Under the pieces are notes generated by a model that saw nothing but the letters and a program-made list of their open reading frames with translations, had not been told where the DNA came from and did no database searches. From assembly GCA_046563655.1 (NCBI GenBank), contig CM102286.1:11470001-11534000 (forward strand): 64,000 bases of DNA. Reading direction: 5' to 3'. Origin of the DNA: Yuukianura sp. NJ FZ-2021 (taxonomy: Eukaryota). The position numbers and the translations under genes were made by a program. Shown here one piece after another: positions 56,301 to 64,000 of the stretch (position 1 is its first letter; the number at the start of each line of letters is the position of its first letter).

Positions 56301-59300
56301 ACGAAATGCCAAATTCAAATCCAATAACCCACAATATTACATTTAAAAAATAATTTTCCGAAATCGACATACGGAGATTGTATTGGACAACTCTGCTCTG
56401 CATTCACTGATTGTAGTGCTCTGATAATGTTATCCAGTTGTAATTAAAATGGGGAATTTAAGATAATCTTTTTGATCTAATTTAATTATTTAACGGTGCA
56501 ATAGAACAACGCAAACACTTTTCTCATAATTGCACCGCTAATCAGAGCATTGCAATTCTCGTTCGTTCATGGGAGTTGTACTTTCGCATGAATAAGTAGT
56601 AGATCACCTAAACAACCTTGTCCCACCGTTAGAAACAAAAATGAAAGCCAGTTGAAATTTAAGTATTTTTGCCCAAATTTTCACCGTTGTCAGCTTTATT
56701 ACACTTTTTACCCATATTCAAACAAATATTTGTTTTCGTTCCAAAGGAAAAAGGTACGTTTACTCCCTCATACCAGGCTTTTACTCTGCTGCGTTCATTT
56801 ACTTTCACTCATCATTTACCAATAAGGAAAGTTGTAATTCATGTCGCTGTTGCGCATCTGCAGTGTACAAGCAATATTATTACACGGCGCCAAAAACGTT
56901 TCATGTCAATACAGTAAATAAACTTATTAGTTAGTGGATAACATCTGTATGCTGTAACCTACAACAACGTAAAACCAATACTGGAAAAAAATTCAAAAGC
57001 TTGCATAACGCGTTCAATCTCTTAAGGCATTACACAAGTTAATTAAATTGTAACGGTGTCTGCAGGCTTTTAGTGAAATACGAATATTCGTAAAACTAAA
57101 TTAACTTTTTTTTAATTCTTGAGCGGAATGAACAGAGAATGAACCGTTGGTCCTTTTTTTTTCAGATGTTCAGTGCTATGGAGCTTCAAACCTATTAATA
57201 ATATACATGAAAAATGCTCTAGGTGTTTTAAGCAAGTGATGCAAATAAATTTAGGGCAGAGTAATTGCCGTGGCTCAGGCGATAGAAACTTTTGGTGCTA
57301 ATTGAAGTTTTACGGTAAACACTGAAAGAATTTTATGTTTCGGATGAAGGACTGGATTGTGATATTTTTCCTTATGGCATTGTGAGCTCTTCGTGCCATT
57401 TCAATTTTAAGGTTCAGTTTAATATTCAACACGTTTCTCCATACTTTACCTGATTAGATTATGTACCTAGGGAACAATTGGAAGTCTTCAGAATTATCTT
57501 ACTCGTCGACGAATTCACGTTCACGAGGCACGCTCACTCACTTCCATCACTACCAAGTGAACTGACAAAGTATACTTAAAATGAAACTGAACCCAAGTTA
57601 AATATGAATCTACTATTTCGTATATGTCATTGAGTTTTGACGTCAATTCCTTGGAAGTTACTTTCTGACCCGACCTCTTCGTCTATGATTTCATTTCAAA
57701 TTCACCGCAAAATTTGGAAATCGGTAGTTGAGTAGCCCAGCACAGGGAATAGCCAGGTTGCTTCAGTTGCAGTTCAATGCACCACTTTAGTAGTCATAAG
57801 CGGGTTTCCCTAAACTTCGATTGTGGTTTGTAATTCCATAGTTTTCGTGGATAACAAAACGTTGTAACTGGATCATTCCTGGGGTTACTCAAGCATAGAT
57901 GTTTCCTAAAACTCCCAAACTTTCCATTCAACTAAAGTTTTTGGATTCGCAACTTTGTTACAGTATATCGAATTCCGATGCACATCAAAAGAAAACAGTA
58001 CCATTATACGGCAGTAATAGATTATTCGGTAAATAGTATTGGGTTTTCATGAAAAGCCGGTAGAAGGGATCCAGAACTATGTAACTGGAGAGTGAAAGCA
58101 GACTGTGCCAGAATACAATTCAATGCCATTTGTACGACGAGAAGGCTTGGGGAGAATGTTCGGAACTTCGTAAGAAATCAATAAGCAGGCTGGTTCTCTT
58201 CTACCGCAGTTCATCTGCACTGGCTGCTCGCTTTCTAGCGGAACGAGTGCTCACCTTATGTTATTAGTATTCTGAAGTTAAATTGACCCTTGCTGCTAGG
58301 TCGTGCGAAACTAGAAAATGATAGCCGACGTATTGACCGAACAAAACAGAAGGAGCAGGTCACATCATGTTCACAAAAGTTGTTAGTCGCATGATCGACT
58401 ACGAACTACCGATGAGATGAACTACCTTTGCAGAATTTAATACCTTTCGATGTTGCCGGTAATAACAAAACCGTTGACCTTAACCTTTGACCTGGAACGG
58501 GTTAAATACGCCGGTGTGATTCAATAATTAGCAATCAAAAGTCCGGCGTTCAATAGCAAAAACAAATGCCAGATATATACAGTAGGATTGCTTTAAGGAG
58601 AAAATTGCCACCGACGGTCTGATGGACAGACACAGTAATTGCACAATGTAGCGTTACTTTATGAAGAAAGCCTTCACATAAGTCAATCTTCCAGCCGGTT
58701 CGTTTCTTAGTGTACTGGGCTATTTCGTGCACTTTCATGCTAGTGAAACCGTAATGGCAAGGAGCAGCATTGGAATGACCTTGGCATAATTTTTAAATAC
58801 TAATTTGAAATTAGAGACTCCTTATAGACTAACGTTGATTTTCCGTACATTTTACACTCGTCGCTTCAACACATTTTTGACCAGGTTTAGTCGGTACTTG
58901 CGGTAGTGTTCCAAATTGTCTCCTCTTTTAACGTCATCGGCATAGCCACATTCGACTTCTTCATTTGACTAGTTATTTAAGTGAAAGCTGCCTTCTGCGT
59001 CAAACATCGATGTATCTTTCGCTACTTAATTACAGCCCCTTTACCATGGTTGATTTGATTATATTTTACGAAAAGCAATGGGAGCACTCAGTTAATGCAG
59101 CGTGAAAACTGACCGGCACTTATCATTCCCCTAAAAAAATTTCGCCAATCGATTCCTGTTGCGAGATTCCTTGACAACAAAATGTCGCCTTCCGAAGGGA
59201 CGGAAATTAAACTGAAAGCATTTCGTCATCTCAATCTGATAATCACTCTATCAGGAATAAAATTGTGATACATTTTTTATGTCTCATAATCGAAATTCGT

Positions 59301-60085
59301 ATGACGTAATTTTTTCAAGAGCTTCCTATGGCCAAATAATGCCATTTTACTTGGGAACTAATTCAACTCAGCAACTCAACCCTTTTCGTCTAAAAACGAA
59401 CGATTTATGGCAACATCACTAATTTCCTAGATTCCGTTGTACTAGTTTTACCAGTCTCCAAATGATGATTCGATTGAACTTTTCCTAAACCTAGATTTTC
59501 TAAAAATCAGATAGTAGTTACTATATGCTTGCGTGAACGCTACATGCGTGTTACGAACGCCTTTTAACTGATTCCCTTAAAAAATGTACTTCGCTTAGTT
59601 TCGGAACAAAATTGTTAAAAAGTTAAAAAAATGACCGTCTGTTTATGTGTTTTGTCGAAATCCTAAAACATATTACTGCTTCCAATACTTTATCCACACC
59701 TCTGCGTTGAATTGAAATTTAAAAAATTAATGCAAACCTTGAATCGTCGCCGTCGACAATTATTTTCCTTGACTCTCGCCTTTTAGTTGTTGCGGTTCTG
59801 TCCAATCTCCAAGTTGTAGAAGAAGCAAACTAAACTGATTAATTAAAGCTGAATTCTAGACTGTTTTTGGTTTCACGGCGTTGCTCTCCAGCTCCGCAAG
59901 CAAAGATTCAATTTCTCACAGTTAGTTAGATATGGAGCTGGAGAGTTAAATGGATAAACTACAGCAACCACCAACTAGCAGAAATTTTACACTGGGAATA
60001 CAGATTAGTTGGGAAAAATACATTAAACCTGGAGAAAACTTGGAGGCTTTGTTCCTTCGATCTTCCGTGGCCTGATAATATCAAT

Positions 60086-61537
60086 AGCTCTTAACCCCGA
60101 AGTTTCTGAAGTGGTCGGGCGGAGAAAGGCAGCAAGTCTGCACGACGGAAACCTCCGCCCCAAGTTATATCACCAATTGTAACACTACAGTATGAGTACT
60201 ATACGTAGAGTCGGAGCCACAGAAAATCAATACTAAACTAACCCAATGCGCAAGGCCTCCTACAGCCGCATAGGCAAGAACACTCCAAATTGCACAACAC
60301 TTCGCACAGAAAGTCGTCTTCTATTCCACATCTACAGTAGTGGTAAATGGAACCGTGTTGACTCATCTTCTTTAAGCTTTGCATCTTTTTTCTTTTCTTG
60401 CCCACTGCTTTCACATCCTAGGCTAATTCGGACTAGGACTCTTTTGTTTCACTTATAATTTTAGCCTGTTTTGATCTCAAATTAGAAATGCTCAACATAA
60501 AATGAGCATTCTGACAGGTTCTAGCAAATGGGAATTTGCAAATTTCAACACACGGTGCCAATTAACTATGCGGAATAAGCCATTCATAGTGCGCTCCTAT
60601 AAACATGTTTAGCTTTTGTGGTTAATTTAGGAAAAATAGCTGGAGTAGTTGGAGTAACGCAACAACGGATGTGTAAGACATTTCACAGATCGCCGATTGT
60701 GATTAATTCAATAGGATGCGAGAAAAAAGCAAGCCTCTATTAGGATTTAGAACATTTACCGGCAATTCCGACAGATTTTTAACAAAATTCTTCAGTTTTC
60801 AGCGAAAAAAAAATATTTGTTTTCAAAATTTTTCGGAATTTCTCAGATAAGCCGCGGCTTGTAGGCGAGGAATTAGAGCTCTTAACCCCGAAGTTTCTGA
60901 AGTGGTCGGGCGGAGAAAGGCAGCAAGTCTGCACGACGGAAACCTCCGCCCCAAGTTATATCACCAATTGTAACACTACAGTATGAGTACTATACGTAGA
61001 GTCGGAGCCACAGAAAATCAATACTAAACTAACCCAATGCGCAAGGCCTCCTACAGCCGCATAGGCAAGAACACTCCAAATTGCACAACACTTTGCACAG
61101 AAAGCCGTATTCTAGTCCACATCTACAGTAGTGGTAAATGGAACCGTGTTGACTCATCTTCTTAAAGCTTTGCATCTTTTTCCTTTCTTTGCCCAATGCT
61201 TTCACATCCTAGGCTAATTCGGACTAGGACTCTTTTGTTTCACTTATAATTTTAGCCCGTTTTGATCTCAAATTAGAAATGCTCAACATAAAATGAGCAT
61301 TCTGACAGGTTCTAGCAAATGGGAATTTGCAAATTTCAACACACGGTGCCAATTAACTATGCGGAATAAGCCATTCATAGTGCGCTCCTATAAACATGTT
61401 TAGCTTTTGTGGTTAATTTAGGAAAAATAGCTGGAGTAGTTGGAGTAACGCAACAACGGATGTGTAAGACATTTCACAGATCGCCGATTGTGATTAATTC
61501 AATAGGATGCGAGAAAAAAGCAAGCCTCTATTAGGAT
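60086..61537. repeat. Direct duplication of 661 bp (60086-60746 and 60877-61537) with a 130-bp spacer
   Basis: Both copies run agctcttaaccccgaag...gcctctattaggat and differ at about ten positions by eye. Confidence 0.92.
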
Positions 61538-62171
61538 CTGGTCGGAGAAAGTATTCCGATTATTCGTCATGTGACTAGTGGCTTATAATTTATATATGTT
61601 ATAAAAATGTATTTAGTAGAAGTTAGAATAATATTCTACTACGATTGCTTTTGAATTTGGAAACCAACTCAAATTCTAGACGCAACAAAACTAAAACTCA
61701 TTTAGAATCCTAAGTTTAACTGAAGCAAGAAGGTCAAATAAGGTATAAAGTTTTGAGAAAGACAAAGTCTGGAGTCTTAACTATACAAAGCGTTACACTG
61801 TGTTACAATGACCTTGCTAAATTGAAATGTGATCGTAAAACACACAACAATTACCTAATCAGTAGACCAAGAAGGAAAAATACTATAGTGAGGTACATTA
61901 GCAAGATCTAAAAAGTGTGCATGTGGTACTGGTTGCAGTTCCATCCAACTTAATGTTATTGTAGTAGTGCTTGCAGCTTGCATGATGATGATTCATCATT
62001 GACGAATGCTATTGGATGTCTTCAGTTTGCTCTTAAATTATGTAAATGCCACTTATATAAATGAACTGATGTAAATGAACCTTACGAAGTGTTTTTCGTC
62101 TTCCTTCGGAGAAAAAAAACAAACTAAGAGAAATTGTGAAAAAAATAAACTTCTTGCAAAGACGGTATATA

Positions 62172-63164
62172 TAAGTATCGTCAGATCAATTATAGAGAGT
62201 GGATATTGTTGACGTTGACCTCTGATATTGTTAGAGATCCCTGGAGGTCAAACAACATTCGCAATTTTAGTCAATTTGTCGTCAAACATCAATCCCCAGA
62301 AACAACTTCCGAATCGGTTCATCCGTCTCCGGATTGTAAAGAAAACGATGACCTTGAGCATTGACCCTGTTAGAAGGTCATTCGAGGTCATCAAAAGTCC
62401 ATACATGCAAACGGCTTCCGAGTCTGTCCATTCTTTTCCGTATTGTAGATGGAGCATAACTTTGACCTTTGGTGAATCCAAATACTGATTTTTAGTCATC
62501 TGGTCAGTAGTTACTAATAAAAGAAAACCGCTTAAAAATCAGTGTAGTGGTTATCAAGTTATAAGCTTTACTGACGGACGGATAGACAGACGGACGGACA
62601 ATAAGATCCCTTTAAGTATCTGACGATATTTAAAAATGTACTTGAGCTTGACCTTTGACCCGGAATTTGGCCACTTCCGGTCAAACCAGAAACCGATTAG
62701 TCACCCATGTTCAATGCAAAGGTCATCTCAGAAGACAGGTTGAAAATCGGTTCAGTTGTTCCAATGTTATAGACGCGCGTAGCATGGGCGACGCCATTTT
62801 GCAACTTGCAGCGTCTATATCTCTAGAACCGTAGGTCAATAGTCAAGATCACCGACAGAAAAGTTGTTCCTCTCATTGAGATGAACAACTTTTGTAGAGG
62901 CCATTTTTCCAAATTCCGTCGAAAATGTACTTGACCTTGACCTTTGACCCGGAAGTTGGCCACTTCCGGTCAAACCGAAAACCACTGGTCCACCCCTGGA
63001 CTATGTATAGTTCATCTGTGAAGACAGATTGAAAATCGGTCCAGCGGTTCCAGAGATGTTGTGGCTAGTATAGTCGGACGGACAGACGGACGGACGGACG
63101 GACGGACAGACAGACAGACAGACAGACGGCCATTACGATCCCTATAAGTATCTGACGATACTTA
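62172..63164 (-). mobile_element. DINE-1/Helentron-associated-like non-autonomous element, composite
   Basis: 15-bp inverted repeats taagtatcgtcagat (62172) / atctgacgatactta (63150-63164). The terminal hairpin taagtatc-tgac-gatactta sits next to a (GACG/GACA)n microsatellite, and a second microsatellite + hairpin end lies at ~62572-62632. Confidence 0.65.
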
Positions 63165-64000
63165 ATAAGGATATAAAGAGTACAAAGAAAAAATTCAAAA
63201 GCATCGAAATGTTGAAATCGGTTAATCGACTTTTTTATTAACTTAATGAAGTTAAGAAATATTTAATAGCAGAAGATTAACCTACCCAAAACTCCCTTTA
63301 AGTATGATCTAAAAACTTTGATTTTTTGCAGTTATTGTGTTTTCCGATGCGGAATGCGATCTTTGGCTATGTTCACGTCTTCATAATCATTTTCATCTGA
63401 TTCGTCGTGAATTTGTATTCCCATTGGTTTGGGAGTCTCCTCCAGAAAAAATGGTGCGACGATGAGGCAAAGAATTGTTGAAACTGTAAATACAATTCTA
63501 CATTGAGATTTTCGTTCAACATTTTATAAGTTTAAAAACGATGGATGGGTTTAACTCACCGCAAACTATACTTGGAAAAATATTATGAAAGTCAAAAGTT
63601 GCAGTATCATTTGAAAGAGCCTCGGACAAATAAAATATTATTTCAAGTGTTAGACTGAAAATAGAAATACTAATGACTGGTGTGTAGTGGATGAAAAGAG
63701 CACAATGTGTCATGGTTACTCCGTTTAGAAGGTTGTAAATTCCAAGAAGACGGGTTGCAGTCGTTGAACCTGCAATGAAAACGGAATTAAATTTTAGCGA
63801 AACAAATTGCAGTTACAGATTTTACTCTACCATTTCTCGGTTCTGTGAAAAATTTGCCCAGAAATTGGTTGTCATCGGTGAAGCAGCGTATGGCGTTACT
63901 GAATTCTATGAAGGCCACAAACGCAATCCAACCTCTCATGCCGTAAATCAATGAGTGCACCATTTTGAGACGATGAACCCCACTGCGTTATTAACTCTGG

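Overview
Eukaryotic, AT-rich DNA with short introns, most likely from an arthropod (inferred from gene content and Na,K-ATPase exon structure). There are five host genes: a multi-Ig single-pass membrane protein (-), a TTLL4-like tubulin glutamylase (+), a SMOC/pentagone-like protein (+), a small lipid-anchored stathmin-domain-like protein (+), and the Na,K-ATPase alpha subunit (-) with three mutually exclusive 95-nt exons. The centrepiece is a 12.6-kb nested mobile-element complex at 21108-33695. Its outer shell is a Foldback-type Mutator-like DNA transposon with a 9-bp TSD (AATTGTAAT), TIRs built from 145-bp tandem repeats, and a Ulp1 protease + PHD ORF. Inside it are (i) a tandem array of 630-bp LTRs separated only by a 30-bp PBS-like spacer and (ii) a Ty1/copia retrotransposon. 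The copia pol frame runs without a stop past RNase H into a ~540-aa protein with class I viral fusion-glycoprotein architecture (signal-like segment, KR site, fusion peptide, heptad repeat, Cys-rich region, TM anchor), making it a candidate enveloped copia-type retrovirus in an animal. All calls were made by eye from motifs, with no database searches. Exon boundaries are manual.
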